This document shows, in pieces, positions 21,527 to 32,396 of a DNA stretch of 64,000 bases. The position numbers and the translations under genes are program-made. Position 1 is the stretch's first letter. Each line of letters begins with the position of its first letter. The notes below the pieces were generated by a model, which ran no database searches, was not told the origin of the DNA, and was given only the letters and a program-made list of their open reading frames with translations. The stretch spans positions 37,978-101,977 of IMG/VR virus record IMGVR_UViG_2833005253_000001; one strand, 5' to 3'. Source of the DNA: a virus (Duplodnaviria; Caudoviricetes).

Positions 21527-21620
21527 CTACCCCTTCGGCACTTCCGGCCAGGCTATTTCCCCCGCCTTGGGGGCAAGGGGCTTTCCAGGCGAAGCGGGGT
21601 ATTCTACAGAGGCATCAAGC
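21527..21620 (-). pseudogene. Tail fibre assembly gene remnant
   Basis: Ends AGEIAWPEVPKG, like a Tfa C-terminus; internally deleted. Confidence 0.5.
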
Positions 21621-22511
21621 TCAGGCGCCTCGAACAATGTAGTTGAACGCCACATTACGGGGCCGGTTTTCGTGGGCGGTGGTGACGACCCGGGAGGCAT
21701 CAAACGCAGAGACGGAGCCCAAGTTATCGGGGTCGCCTCTTTTGATGGCCGCACTGAATGTCGAGGTCTGATAAAAAGCCCCGGTGGCGGTCACCCAGGG
21801 TCCCCATTGCCCTTGCCTCACATACCCGAACTGGCCCGTGATGTTTCTGATGGCATCCCCCTGTGTGCTCAATACCGTTCTGCCCGTATCGACCTGTCTT
21901 CCTGCATCTGCACCCCGAATAAATTATCCCCTTAAGTTCGGCAATTGTCCTGAAGGATAGGCTGAGGCCAGAAGGGGATAACGTGTTTTGTCAAATCCGG
22001 CGCCATTGCACAGAAGCCACCCTGTCGGGGGCCTGTCCGTTGGCCAGGGCAGAGGCACCCCAACCGGGACTTCCAGACGTAATCTTTGTGGCGTCACCGC
22101 ATTCACATCGGTGGCGGTGAGCTGCACATCCTGAGTGAGGGATTTGCCATTAATTTTACGATGATACGGGATGGCCTCTTTGGCGAGCTCGACCGTTTCT
22201 GTCAATCCGAGGTTTTCTATAAATTGCGCTTTGTCCAGGATGTCCTTGCCGTTTTTCTTTTTAGACAGCTTTCGATTGGCCGCGTTTTCGGCACAGGTCT
22301 GGATGGCCTGATACAGTTGCGTATGTTCGTGTTTGTTTAATCTTGTCCCTGTTTTTTCAATGACGGTGCAGAGTTCTTCCTGGAGGGCATCAAAGAAGTC
22401 GCTGTTCAAATCCGTGGCACGGGTTCCGGTGGCGGGGTCTCCGTTCGTAAACCCCGGTTTGCCTTGCCCAAATTTGTCTGGTTGGGCCGTAGGGGTGTCA
22501 ATGCGATGCAT
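21621..22511 (-). pseudogene. Tail fibre/collar protein with in-frame nonsense codon
   Basis: MHRIDTPTAQ.DKFG.GK.GFT, PVGVPLPWP collar, LRG*FIRG (TAA at 21924-26), ENRPRNVAFNYIVR. Confidence 0.88.
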
Positions 22512-23097
22512 GGGGGGTTCCTTTGGGGTAAGCAAAAAGGACTTTTGTATGGGACGGACACAGGCGCTCTATCACACATTCGACCGCTCGCTCCCCCCAA
22601 TGACGCAGGGGGGCATCACAGGCACTGAGAGCGGTCATGGGGCGTATCCTGGCCTCGGCCGGAATATGGACTCGCCAGTAATAGCGCCATCGGTCGCCCC
22701 AAGCGGGGTCCGGGGAGCGGTCAAGATGTTGACACTGTTCCAGGGTGGCCGTGGGATAGCCCAACAGGCGGAGCTGTTCGAGGAAAAAGCCCTCATGTAT
22801 CCCACCGACGGTGTTGACCTTGGCATCGAGAATCTGTTGGCGCTCTTCCCGGGTTTGGGGTCAGGGGTCGAGACACGGGTCCGGCAAACCACAGAGGGTG
22901 TCGTAACGGTCTGTCAGTTCCATCGATTGGGCCGGGTTGATTTCCTTCATCAGGTCGTCGGCCCGCTGATGCACTCTCGCCAGAGACGGGGCCAGGCCGT
23001 CGAGCAGTGGGTTGTCCCCGGCCCAGGCAGGGCCGGGCGGTAACAGCGATTGTAACAGTCGCGTATAATCTTCATCTAAATTCGGTTTATGGGGCAT
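22498..23097 (-). pseudogene. YmfQ/DUF2313 baseplate protein (Mu gp48-like), frameshifted
   Basis: LLPPGPAW, CGLPD, ECVIERLCPSHT in different frames. Confidence 0.82.
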
Positions 23098-24157
23098 AGG
23101 GCGTCCAGGTCACGGGGCCTGATACGGGCACCTCGGTTTTGCCCAGGGGAAGGTCGGTGGTCGGCAGCCTCAGCTGGTGCGCCACTTCTCCGGCGGCCAG
23201 GCTGATGACCTCCCTCAGGCGGGAGAGAAAAAGTGTGCTTCCCGGTTCGCCCTCCCGTTGAAAAAAGGCCTTGATTTCGGCGATGACGGCAGACCGGATG
23301 TCGGGCCGGTCGGTCGATAACGCGAGAGAAACAGGCACGGATTTGGGGGTCACCGCAAAGACCGTTAAGCCGCTGCCCGCCACGGGTATCAATGGCAGGA
23401 GATGGTCTCGCACCTGGGTCAGCATGTCCTGTGTGGGCGCGGGATGGTCCGGGTCATCGGTCGCCACCATGACGCCCACGGTACCTGGTCCGTTTTGGTG
23501 TCGATGCGTCCAGGCCCGGTCAATCCCTGGGAGGGCTTTCGCCCAGCGCACATAGTCTCCATCCGCGTCCCCTTGAGGGATGTCATACCAACGCGCGATG
23601 ATGCGCTGTCGCCAGCGCTCCAGGTCTTCGATATCCTGGCCGCCCTGTATCTCATCCGCATAGCCCGTGGAAGAGAGGCCGGGTATCGGCGTCGTTAAAC
23701 GTAAGGCGGTCCTGTCTTCACAGTTGCCGGCCTGTCCTGCCTTCTGCGCTCTCACCGGCACGCGAAGCACGCCGTTCACGACAGAGGTGCTGGCCAGGGC
23801 AGTGTAGGTCTGCCCATCGTCTCTTTGTATTTCAGTATCAGAGGACATCGATAGGGCATTGGGCACCCCTTCCCAGCGGACAAACCCCTGGGCCTTAGTG
23901 GCCCCTTTTCGGGGACAGCGCTTGATGTTCGCATGTCGCCCCAGCCAGGCTTCGTCCGCCAGGTCAGGTAACATGTTTCTCGCTAAATAATCCAGATATC
24001 CGTATAAGGTGTGCACGGCCGCCGCCTGCACCCGCGCAGTGACTTCCGCATCACATCGCCTTAACACATTGTCTTCTTGACATCGGGTCAATACCTCACT
24101 GCGGATGGTGTCGATCAAGGTCGGTAGTGAAGGGCGGGAAAATCCGCTATGTTGCAT
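23087..24157 (-). CDS. Baseplate J-like protein (Mu gp47)
   Basis: LYGYLDYLARNMLPD, DYVRWA, GPGTVGV. Confidence 0.9.
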   Translation of the reverse strand: MQHSGFSRPSLPTLIDTIRSEVLTRCQEDNVLRRCDAEVTARVQAAAVHTLYGYLDYLARNMLPDLADEAWLGRHANIKRCPRKGATKAQGFVRWEGVPNALSMSSDTEIQRDDGQTYTALASTSVVNGVLRVPVRAQKAGQAGNCEDRTALRLTTPIPGLSSTGYADEIQGGQDIEDLERWRQRIIARWYDIPQGDADGDYVRWAKALPGIDRAWTHRHQNGPGTVGVMVATDDPDHPAPTQDMLTQVRDHLLPLIPVAGSGLTVFAVTPKSVPVSLALSTDRPDIRSAVIAEIKAFFQREGEPGSTLFLSRLREVISLAAGEVAHQLRLPTTDLPLGKTEVPVSGPVTWTPYAP

Positions 24158-24554
24158 GAATGACCTCCCATAGATGATGAAAGGTGAGGGTTGTCGGGGG
24201 GCGCTGGCGCACGGTGAGGGTCAGCGTCGCGGTGAGCGTATCGGGACCGGAACGAGTGACCGCAATATCTGTGCGATCGACTATCCCATCCTCCCTCATC
24301 CACTGGAGGGCCTGCGTGATATAGTCACGGGCTTTGTGTGCGGTCTGCGCGGTGAGTCTGCTTCGCCTGAGCAGATACAGTCTTGAGCCGATGCGGTCAT
24401 TCGCCACCGCTGGCCAGGTATCGCCCCACCATCCCATCGGGGTGTCGGTGTCGTCATCCGGTTCCGCCCGTCGCCAGGTGAACAGGGAGATGACCACCGC
24501 TCGGGTCAGTCTGTCTGAAACGGTCTCAGCAGGATGGCCATGGACCCTCATCAT
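24147..24554 (-). CDS. Mu gp46-like baseplate protein
   Basis: AVVISLFTWRRA, GWWGD, GSRLYLL. Confidence 0.9.
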   Translation of the reverse strand: MMRVHGHPAETVSDRLTRAVVISLFTWRRAEPDDDTDTPMGWWGDTWPAVANDRIGSRLYLLRRSRLTAQTAHKARDYITQALQWMREDGIVDRTDIAVTRSGPDTLTATLTLTVRQRPPTTLTFHHLWEVIHAT

Positions 24555-25124
24555 TTACCTCATCCTCTGATGAGGCTGGCCTGTGCTGCCCCCGCTGTCG
24601 CCTGGGTGGGTGTGGCGGTTGTACTGGTCTCGCATTGAACTCAGGGAACCCAGCTTGTCCTGTATTTCAGACTGGGAGACGATGGATTTTTCAGCGGTGA
24701 TTTCTCCGGAGGTGTCCACCCGAGGGGTATCGAGCACCACTTTATTTTTGGCTTTCACCACAAAGGTGTCGGTGGTGACTTCTATCACCCGTCCGCGTTT
24801 GAGCACAATATGGTCTCCTTCATCCGTATACAGGGCCACTTCTCCCGTTTGTAAGTCTTTGAGACGATAACGCCTGTCGGCCATATTGATGACGATGCCA
24901 TGCGAGCGGTCGCCAGAGAGAAACAGGGCCACCCCTTCTGCCCCAGCATGCGCGATGCCGGTGAACCCGTACGGCTCCAGGTATTCCATCCCTGCTTTCG
25001 TTTCCCCTGCCATCAAGGAGACATCCACTCTCTGGCAGGCCGCGGTGCTGTTCGTTCCTCTGACCATCAGTCTCGAGCAGAGGCGCGATAATCCACGTTG
25101 GAACGTCCATAGGGCGTTTTTCAT
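24555..25124 (-). CDS. Baseplate spike (Mu gp45-like)
   Basis: EPYGFT, DRRYR, GEVALY, YNRHTH. Confidence 0.9.
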   Translation of the reverse strand: MKNALWTFQRGLSRLCSRLMVRGTNSTAACQRVDVSLMAGETKAGMEYLEPYGFTGIAHAGAEGVALFLSGDRSHGIVINMADRRYRLKDLQTGEVALYTDEGDHIVLKRGRVIEVTTDTFVVKAKNKVVLDTPRVDTSGEITAEKSIVSQSEIQDKLGSLSSMRDQYNRHTHPGDSGGSTGQPHQRMR

Positions 25125-25176
25125 TCAATCTCTCCAAAAAAGTGGCGAATTATGTCTATATGGGTATAATTGAGTC

Positions 25177-25548
25177 ATGGAACTGCACATAAAAAAACTG
25201 TTTTGGCTGGGTTCATCCAGGAAAGACTTGAAGAGGATGCCGAGCGATGTTCAAGACACCTTCGGTTATGCATTGCATCAAGCACAAGCTGGGAAAAAAC
25301 ACCCGCAGGCTAAATCGTTAAAGGGTTTCGGCTCAGCAGGGGTTATTGAAGTTGTCGAAAACTCAGTGGCTGGTACGTTTAGGGCGGTCTACACCGTTAA
25401 GTTTGAAGATGCGGTTTATGTACTGCATTGTTTTCAAAAGAAGTCAACGCAGGGCATTGCAACACCCAAACCAGATATGGACTTGATCCTGGAACGACTA
25501 AAAGCCGCGACATCACATTCCAAAGGAGAAAAAAATGATCACAGTTGA
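25177..25548 (+). CDS. RelE/HigB-like toxin (Gp49-like)
   Basis: WLGSSRKDL, FRAVYTVKF, VYVLHCFQKKS. Confidence 0.88.
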   Translation: MELHIKKLFWLGSSRKDLKRMPSDVQDTFGYALHQAQAGKKHPQAKSLKGFGSAGVIEVVENSVAGTFRAVYTVKFEDAVYVLHCFQKKSTQGIATPKPDMDLILERLKAATSHSKGEKNDHS

Positions 25549-25858
25549 GGAAAGCAGCGGTAACATCTACGCTGATTTAGGCATATCTGATCCTGATGTG
25601 ATGCTTGTAAAAGCACAGCTTGCCACTAAAATCGGAGAAATCATACAAGGTCGAAACTGGAGTCAGTTACATGCCGCTGAGGTTCTCGGCATTCCCCAAT
25701 CTAAATTATCTAAAATGCTGCGCGGTCAGTTTCGGGGGATCAGTGAATCCAAGATGCTCGATTGCTTAACTCGACTTGGTCGTGACGTACAGATTGTCGT
25801 TAGGCCTGCTCGCCGTGCTGTATCGACTGGACGAGTGGATGTTGTGTTCAGCAAATAA
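25535..25858 (+). CDS. XRE/HigA-like HTH antitoxin
   Basis: SSGNIYADLG, SQLHAAEVLGIPQSKLS; overlaps the toxin. Confidence 0.88.
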   Translation: MITVEESSGNIYADLGISDPDVMLVKAQLATKIGEIIQGRNWSQLHAAEVLGIPQSKLSKMLRGQFRGISESKMLDCLTRLGRDVQIVVRPARRAVSTGRVDVVFSK

Positions 25859-25878
25859 TAAAAACAGGGCGTTTTTCA

Positions 25879-26921
25879 TTAAAAAAAATCCTCTTCTTCT
25901 GACTTCTGTTCTTGAAGAGGGGGAATATAAGCCGCTTCGGGGGCCACGCGTAATTGGCAGAGGGTGCCCCCTTCATTCTGGGTATACACGACTTCTCCAA
26001 TCACCAGCTCTCGATGGTGAAAACCCAGCACGGGGTCGAAGACAATCACACGCTGGTTTCGCTGCCATAGACTGCCGTTGCCTTGTCGCCAGCCTTGAAC
26101 CGTATAGGTGGTTTCTTCGGTTCTGGCGGCGCGCTGCTGGGCTTCAAATCCGGCCCGTTGACGACAGCTCGCCCCGGTGGCCTGACCGGATTGCTGAATA
26201 TGTTGCGGGCGATAACGTGTGATTTGACGGTCTTTCGCTTTGGCTCTCAGCGCGGTTAAGGTGGCTTCGCCAAAATCGGCATCGTCACCACTGCGTTGTC
26301 CCGCCACCTGGTATTCGGAAAAACGGTCCCGGATACTCTGCTCGGTATCACCGCTTAAAATATTGTCACCCCAGACCAACGCCGTCGTGGCTCGGTCATT
26401 CCCCACCCTGCCTATCAACAGATTGCCGTCCTCATCATCCCATGCCAGCGCTTGCTGGAGCCCCAGGGCTTTGTTTAAGACTTCATGCACCGTTTCACCG
26501 TAATCGGCCTGGAGCCTCTGTAATCGCGTTTTTGAAACACCTTGATTGATGACTGTGATGCCAAACGGCTTGGTCAGTTGGGTCGCTATTTGAATTAAGG
26601 TGTGATCGTCAAAATCGGTGGGCGAGGCCGCACAGTCAATCAAATCCGCGGTTTTACTCCGGCCGGTGATGCCGACATGGATACTGAGGGCATCGTAACG
26701 GACAGGCGTGGCTTCACTTTATCTTGACCCATCAGGACTTCGACAAGCTCCCCTTTTTGAATGCTGGGCTGTAACGGCCCACTGCCCGACTCCCCAGGCC
26801 ACTTTCGAGTGATTTCTACATTGAAATCGCGGGAGAGTCGCTCAATCCCGGCGGAGATTTGAACGCGCGTCCAGCCTCCCCAGTCACGCCCGTTGACGCG
26901 TAATATCACCGCATCCGTCAT
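25879..26921 (-). pseudogene. Baseplate hub (Mu gp44-like), frameshifted by a deletion near 26715
   Basis: ORFs 26640-26921 and 25879-26643; WGGWTRVQISAGIER, LIDC, GWRQ. Confidence 0.85.
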
Positions 26922-28240
26922 CGGAGAGGGACGCGTAATGGCTGCTGCGGGACAAACCCCGGATGAGGCACCCGATTACGTGAGGTGATGTCGGTTTCTC
27001 TTGCGGCATGGTCATACCACTGCGCCGCCAGAACCAAGGCGGGGAGCACTGTTTCTGGGGTGCGCAGGACCGTTTTTTCACCTTGCGCTAATCTCGTGGC
27101 CATATCACGATTCACCTCCGTTTTCACTCGCTGTAAGGCCAGAAAAAGCGCATCATCTGGCGATAATGTCTGTTCGCGCTCAATGGCCTGATTCAGCGCC
27201 TCTCTCACTGCAATCAATGTCTCCCACGTGACCGCGGTACTCTCAACTTCACTGTCTGACGCATCTAAACCTGCGTGCAAGGCGGGATGGGACAGATTGA
27301 CCTGTATCTGACGTTTCTCACGTTGATTAACCGGTAACAGGGCGGTACGCGGTGGGGGCAGTTGTGTGAGTCGCAGGGCTGCCTCATGGATTGCCGTCGT
27401 ACGCAACAAAGCCGCAATACGGTTACTTTGTCTACGTTCCGCCTGTACGCTGGGCCTATCGCTTTTCCAGACGCCACGCGGGGCCAAATCATGCCCCAGC
27501 GTGATGCCCGATAGCGTCTTGATTTGCTGGGTGAGCGTGGCGGCGTTGTGCGCGGTCCGTCGCCCTGCGCGCCACATCCGTTGTATCGCTTCAACAACCT
27601 GTTTACCGGCAGAGCCCTGTGCCAGGATGACCGACATATCCCCCTGCAGCAGGCGGGAAGCCGCGGCTATCCCGCTGTCGATACTGTCAAAAGCCTGGGT
27701 GATATGACCCATCATGGCTTTGGCATTCGCCAGCACACCGGCCTGTGCAAAATCCGGCAAGCCTTTCAGGCCCACACGGGTAAAAGCGTCAGAAATCCGA
27801 TCGTTCAATGCGGCACTCGAAGAGAGGAGGGTTTGGCTCGTGGCGATGCCTGCGGTCGGAAAAGACAGTTCTCCGGCTTCGACGACACTGAAGCTGACGC
27901 GGCACAGCCGCCCTTCTCGGCCGCTGTGGCGGACCCGGACGTCACCTTCCATGCACACAGACAGTTCGCCGTAATACGGGTGAACCAGCGTTCCCGGCCC
28001 CGGGGTTTCTATGGCGATAATCAGTCTGTCTCTCTGGACCAGATAGTCTTCCCCCACCAGATAGGCACTGATTTGAAAGCGTCGGGTCGCCCGACCCAGG
28101 TCTTCGGTATAGGGTTGGTCGCGGTTCGGATATTCGTGCGTCTGGACCCGTCGACCCAAGGTGGCTTCATCCCCTTCGACCTGAAACGGCACGCCCCGAA
28201 ACGAGGCGGGGTGTAACCTGTTTGTCCAGTCCGTCATCAT
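26918..28240 (-). CDS. DNA circulation protein (Mu gp43-like)
   Basis: ASFRGVPF, HEYPNRD, GTLVHPYYG, HPGFVP. Confidence 0.9.
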   Translation of the reverse strand: MMTDWTNRLHPASFRGVPFQVEGDEATLGRRVQTHEYPNRDQPYTEDLGRATRRFQISAYLVGEDYLVQRDRLIIAIETPGPGTLVHPYYGELSVCMEGDVRVRHSGREGRLCRVSFSVVEAGELSFPTAGIATSQTLLSSSAALNDRISDAFTRVGLKGLPDFAQAGVLANAKAMMGHITQAFDSIDSGIAAASRLLQGDMSVILAQGSAGKQVVEAIQRMWRAGRRTAHNAATLTQQIKTLSGITLGHDLAPRGVWKSDRPSVQAERRQSNRIAALLRTTAIHEAALRLTQLPPPRTALLPVNQREKRQIQVNLSHPALHAGLDASDSEVESTAVTWETLIAVREALNQAIEREQTLSPDDALFLALQRVKTEVNRDMATRLAQGEKTVLRTPETVLPALVLAAQWYDHAARETDITSRNRVPHPGFVPQQPLRVPLR

Positions 28241-28267
28241 CCCTCCTCAGAAAAAAGTGGGCCGTTT

Positions 28268-30136
28268 TTACCGCCGGGCAAAGCGATTGTATCCGACATC
28301 GTAGTTTAACCAGACAGGGGATTGCGTGGCGGGTTGCACGGTCATGCCGGGCGGGGCATTGTGAAAGGAAACGGTCAGCTCCCCGGGCTGGGGTCTTGGG
28401 CTGGCCAGTGATAACTGGGCGGGTGGGCGTCCCTCAATATTGAGCAGCTCTTTCAGGCGAGGGAGAAATCCCGTGTAACCTCGGGCCTGTTCAGCCTCCT
28501 GTAACCGATTGACCAGCAACGTTCCCACATTGGTATGCTGCCTTGCCGCCTCATCGCGGAGCGTGTCCAGCCGTTTCATCCAGTCAAACAGCACCGCAAT
28601 CGTGACGGTGACCACCCCCATGCTGGCCATGCCTTTGAGACTCTTCGACAGCTTCATCACCTGAGCCTGTGCGCCTGACAGGCCTTTCCCCATCGATAAT
28701 AGCCAGGACCCCGCCGTCAATACCGCGACGCTTTTGAGCCCGGTTTCCCAACCCCCTATTGCCTGAATAACGCCATCAATATTTCGCCAGACTGTTTTAA
28801 TCATCGGGCCGATCGTTTCCCAGTTATCGACGATAAGTCCACCGCCTATTACCATTAACGTGACCAGTTTACCCAGCGTTGACATGTTCATCACGCTGTT
28901 AAAAATCTTGAAGGCCCGAGTGACCACCCCTACCGCCGTCGCGGTGCCCAGTAGATAAACACCCCACTGAGCCAATGATTTTATCAGTTCTGGATGGGCT
29001 TTTATCCAGTGACGACATTGCTCGATCAATGGCCTCACCCTGTTGAGTGTTCTTGTGATAGCGGGTAAAAAAATGGACCCTATAGTGACGCTGGCGACGT
29101 ATATCTGATTTTTAAACAGCTGTATCGCATTAGCGGTAGTGGCCGCACGGGCGGCATATTCTTTCTGCATCGAACCCGCGTACTTTTGTACGTCGGCAAC
29201 TCTATCGAAGTTCACTTTTAATCGTTCAAGGTTGCTCAACAGCGGGGCAATGGCACCGAGAGATTCTGAGCCGAACAGCGCTTTCATGACCGCAGACTGT
29301 TTGGCTTTCGGGACCTGACTCAGTGTGTCGAGCACCTTCAGTAGCGCCCCTTTGGCGTCTTTTTGCATCTCCACGGCCAGTTGAGACGGATTGATGTTAA
29401 GAAAGCGCAGCGCCTTTTTCTGTAACAAGGTGGCTGATTTGCCTGAGGTTAACGCCAGCATCAATTTTTTAATGCCCGTCGCCGTCACATCGGCCTCGAC
29501 CCCCATCCCCCCAATCGTCGCGCCCAGAGCCGCCATCTCACCCGAGGCCATACCGGCCACCGCGCCCAGTGGGCCAATCCGGGTCACAATGTCAGAGATT
29601 TTTGCGGCATTGGCCGGTCCGTGATTGCCAAGGTCATTGATTTTATCGGCCAGCGAGACGACCTCATTTTGCGTTAACCGGAACGCGGTACGCCAGGTCG
29701 CCATCATCTGACCGGCTTGCGCTGCACTCTGGTCAAAGGCCACCCCCATTTTGACGGCCGCACCAGCAAAGGCCAAGAGCTCGTTTTTGGCGATATTCGC
29801 CTGTCCCCCCGCCGCCACAATTTGACCTATCCCCTCCGCCGCCATCGGTAAACGATGGGACAGTGCGAGAATCTCTTGCGACATTTTTTTAAACTGCTCA
29901 GGGGTCTCAAACTCAACGACTTTTCGGACATCTGCCATCGTGGATTCAAAGTCTATCGCTTGTTTGATGGGGCCGGCCATCGCCGTCATCACGCCTGCCC
30001 CCAAGGCCGCCGCGCTCACCATTCCCGACCTGAATTCCTGCTTGAAGGTCTTGACTTCTCGACGCATGCCTTTGAGCGGGGCCGAGAGTTTGTCGACCGC
30101 CGTGATGATTGCTTTGAGTTCGACCTGGTCAGCCAA
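28268..30136 (-). CDS. Tail tape measure protein
   Basis: FESTMADVRKVV TP901-type core; Ala-rich. Confidence 0.9.
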   Translation of the reverse strand: MADQVELKAIITAVDKLSAPLKGMRREVKTFKQEFRSGMVSAAALGAGVMTAMAGPIKQAIDFESTMADVRKVVEFETPEQFKKMSQEILALSHRLPMAAEGIGQIVAAGGQANIAKNELLAFAGAAVKMGVAFDQSAAQAGQMMATWRTAFRLTQNEVVSLADKINDLGNHGPANAAKISDIVTRIGPLGAVAGMASGEMAALGATIGGMGVEADVTATGIKKLMLALTSGKSATLLQKKALRFLNINPSQLAVEMQKDAKGALLKVLDTLSQVPKAKQSAVMKALFGSESLGAIAPLLSNLERLKVNFDRVADVQKYAGSMQKEYAARAATTANAIQLFKNQIYVASVTIGSIFLPAITRTLNRVRPLIEQCRHWIKAHPELIKSLAQWGVYLLGTATAVGVVTRAFKIFNSVMNMSTLGKLVTLMVIGGGLIVDNWETIGPMIKTVWRNIDGVIQAIGGWETGLKSVAVLTAGSWLLSMGKGLSGAQAQVMKLSKSLKGMASMGVVTVTIAVLFDWMKRLDTLRDEAARQHTNVGTLLVNRLQEAEQARGYTGFLPRLKELLNIEGRPPAQLSLASPRPQPGELTVSFHNAPPGMTVQPATQSPVWLNYDVGYNRFARR

Positions 30137-30190
30137 GGTGTTGCTCCTGCTGAATTCGAATCGCTTGCACTTCTAAATCAAATAATTGAT

Positions 30191-30544
30191 TCAAAGGACG
30201 CTGTCGTAAATCGAAGGGATTGATTCGCCAGAACCAGGCGATGTTGTAGAAGCGTCGTCTGAGACGGCTGAGTTCTGGGCACCGGTAAAAAAACCCACGA
30301 GGGTCATCGACGCGACAAACACATCATGTAGCGCCAGCTGTTGTGCGGAGGAACGCGGTATCCCCGCCAGTTCAGGCAGATAAGCCAGGGCTGAACGCGT
30401 ATCCAGTCGCATATCGCCTCGCTCAGAGTAACTGAAAGGAATGCCGTATTTTTCAACCTGATAAAACGTCGGTTCCTGAATGTCCAGTACTGAAATGGTT
30501 TCGTTGTGGACCTTGATTGGCTTGCTGAGTGCGATGGAGGTCAT
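30191..30544 (-). CDS. Tail assembly chaperone with probable -1 frameshift extension to 30129
   Basis: Between tube and tape measure; GGGTTTTTTTA slippery run at 30286-30296. Confidence 0.8.
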   Translation of the reverse strand: MTSIALSKPIKVHNETISVLDIQEPTFYQVEKYGIPFSYSERGDMRLDTRSALAYLPELAGIPRSSAQQLALHDVFVASMTLVGFFTGAQNSAVSDDASTTSPGSGESIPSIYDSVL

Positions 30545-30897
30545 TGATAAAATCCTTCCTGTCCATGAAATTCGAGGTCAACGGTGCCCTCTTCGGTGTG
30601 GTGGTTGGCTTCACCCGAGAGCCAGGCGCCTGACAGCACATACACCTGCCCATTCGCCAGTTCGGCGGTGAGGGTCATCTGGGTCGCGCTGACCAGTTTT
30701 TGAAGGGGAAACGCGCGCTCGACGATAAAGGTGCCTTTGACAAAGGGTGCCCGGTGGGTTTCCTTGTAAAAGACCTCCCCATTGAGGCCGAGAATATCTT
30801 CCCGAACGACGGTGTTCATCGGCACCTCTATGCCGCCGCTCAGGGTCAGTTGTTGTCCATCCACTTTGAAGTAACAGGTACCCGCGGTCTTTCTCAT
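30541..30897 (-). CDS. Tail tube protein
   Basis: AGTCYFKVDG, TAELANG, VDLEFHG. Confidence 0.9.
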   Translation of the reverse strand: MRKTAGTCYFKVDGQQLTLSGGIEVPMNTVVREDILGLNGEVFYKETHRAPFVKGTFIVERAFPLQKLVSATQMTLTAELANGQVYVLSGAWLSGEANHHTEEGTVDLEFHGQEGFYQ

Positions 30898-32396
30898 CAG
30901 ACGTTCTCCTGGTATTGCAACCGAAATTGATGACGCAGTGCAAACACACGTAATTGATTGACGTAATCGGGCGGAAACAGGACATCCAGCCGGTTCGGGT
31001 CATGCGCATGGCGCTCGACGATGAGATGGGCACGGAAAGCCTCCACATTTTCCACCATGCCTTCCCGCTCGAGCTGGCGATACACCGCGCACAGCTCCGC
31101 CCGAATGACCGAGGGCGTGACAATCGCCTGGCCGGCACCAAAGCGGGTGCCGTCGTCAGCGAGCTTGTGTCGTCCATACCTGGAGGTGATGACCGATTTG
31201 AGTCGCCTGAGGACAGACGCACTGGTGTGCAGGGTTTCGCTGTCGAGATAACTGTTGTCTGCCACGCCCGCCGCATTTTTTTTGTACGTCGTGATGTCGC
31301 GCTGTATCCGCAAGGCACCCCCTTCGACATACGCGGTCGCGATGCCATGGGACAGGAGCGATTGCTGCTCTGTCAACGTAAAGCGTTTGCCCACGGGCGC
31401 GGGCAGGACGCCGTTGAGCTCGCCTGTTTGGGTGGGTCTGGCGGGGTCTGCCCGCAGAAAAACCGCCGAGCGGGCCAGTCGTGCCGCCACCCCTTCATCC
31501 AGGCAGGTCTGGATGGCCGGTTCATAGCCGGCGACCGTCAGATGCGGTGAGTTTAAAGACTCGCCCAGGGCAACCAGTTCAGATAAGGAGCCCGTTTTGG
31601 CCGTGTACACATGACCGTAAAGTTGTCGGTACGGACTCCAGCGGCCGCTCTGGTCGTTCATTTTCTGCTCAAACAGCCGTAATGACTCAAGGTCGTGAAA
31701 GGGCAGACCGATAAAATCAAAAGGGGTATCGCCCAGGGCGGCGATGGCGGCGGTCACATCGGGGGTATAATCGTCTCCCCTCATCCTGTCGACCACTAAA
31801 GCCAGCCTCGGAGGCGAGGTCTCCTCTCCCGCTGACAGCGGATTCGTCGACAGGGGAATGTCGCGGCCCGTCATGCCCGAATGCCGGGCAGTTAAAAGAA
31901 TCTCCCCATCCTCCCTGAGTCTGGCGGTCACCGGCAAATCCGATGCGGTGTTGATGGCCTGAGTGAGATGGTCGGCTATCTCATCGAGTGTCTGGGCCGG
32001 GCTCACCGCCACCCGAATGCGACGGCAGCCTATCCACAGACTCAGCACCCCTGGAGCCTGAGGTCTGCCGACCAGGCCCAGACAGGACCCCGCCGGCCCA
32101 CCGGGGGTCTTCGGCTCCGGCACCGCGATGACCCAGAGTTCCCCCAAAGGGTCAATGCGACGATAGGCTGCGACCATGCGGTGCAATTGACTCCCGCGGC
32201 CAGCCCGTTGCTGGGCGAGCGCCTCAGTCGGCATCCTCACCGGGGTATTTCTCTCTATCGGGGCGTCCTCGAGGGCGTGACCGAACAGTAACGACCTGCG
32301 GCTCTCCTGGGCCGTATTCGCCCTGCTGTTGTCCATCTCCGCATAGAACAGCGGCACGCGGACATCTGACGCAATGTGGTTGAAACTGATGCTCAT
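30897..32396 (-). CDS. Tail sheath protein (Mu gpL-like)
   Basis: VPLFYAEMDNS, DPARPTQT, PPDYVNQLRVFA. Confidence 0.93.
   Translation of the reverse strand: MSISFNHIASDVRVPLFYAEMDNSRANTAQESRRSLLFGHALEDAPIERNTPVRMPTEALAQQRAGRGSQLHRMVAAYRRIDPLGELWVIAVPEPKTPGGPAGSCLGLVGRPQAPGVLSLWIGCRRIRVAVSPAQTLDEIADHLTQAINTASDLPVTARLREDGEILLTARHSGMTGRDIPLSTNPLSAGEETSPPRLALVVDRMRGDDYTPDVTAAIAALGDTPFDFIGLPFHDLESLRLFEQKMNDQSGRWSPYRQLYGHVYTAKTGSLSELVALGESLNSPHLTVAGYEPAIQTCLDEGVAARLARSAVFLRADPARPTQTGELNGVLPAPVGKRFTLTEQQSLLSHGIATAYVEGGALRIQRDITTYKKNAAGVADNSYLDSETLHTSASVLRRLKSVITSRYGRHKLADDGTRFGAGQAIVTPSVIRAELCAVYRQLEREGMVENVEAFRAHLIVERHAHDPNRLDVLFPPDYVNQLRVFALRHQFRLQYQENV

Noticed and set aside
21527-22511. Invertible tail-fibre shufflon
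   Set aside because: No invertase, inverted crossover sites or alternative fibre ends were seen.
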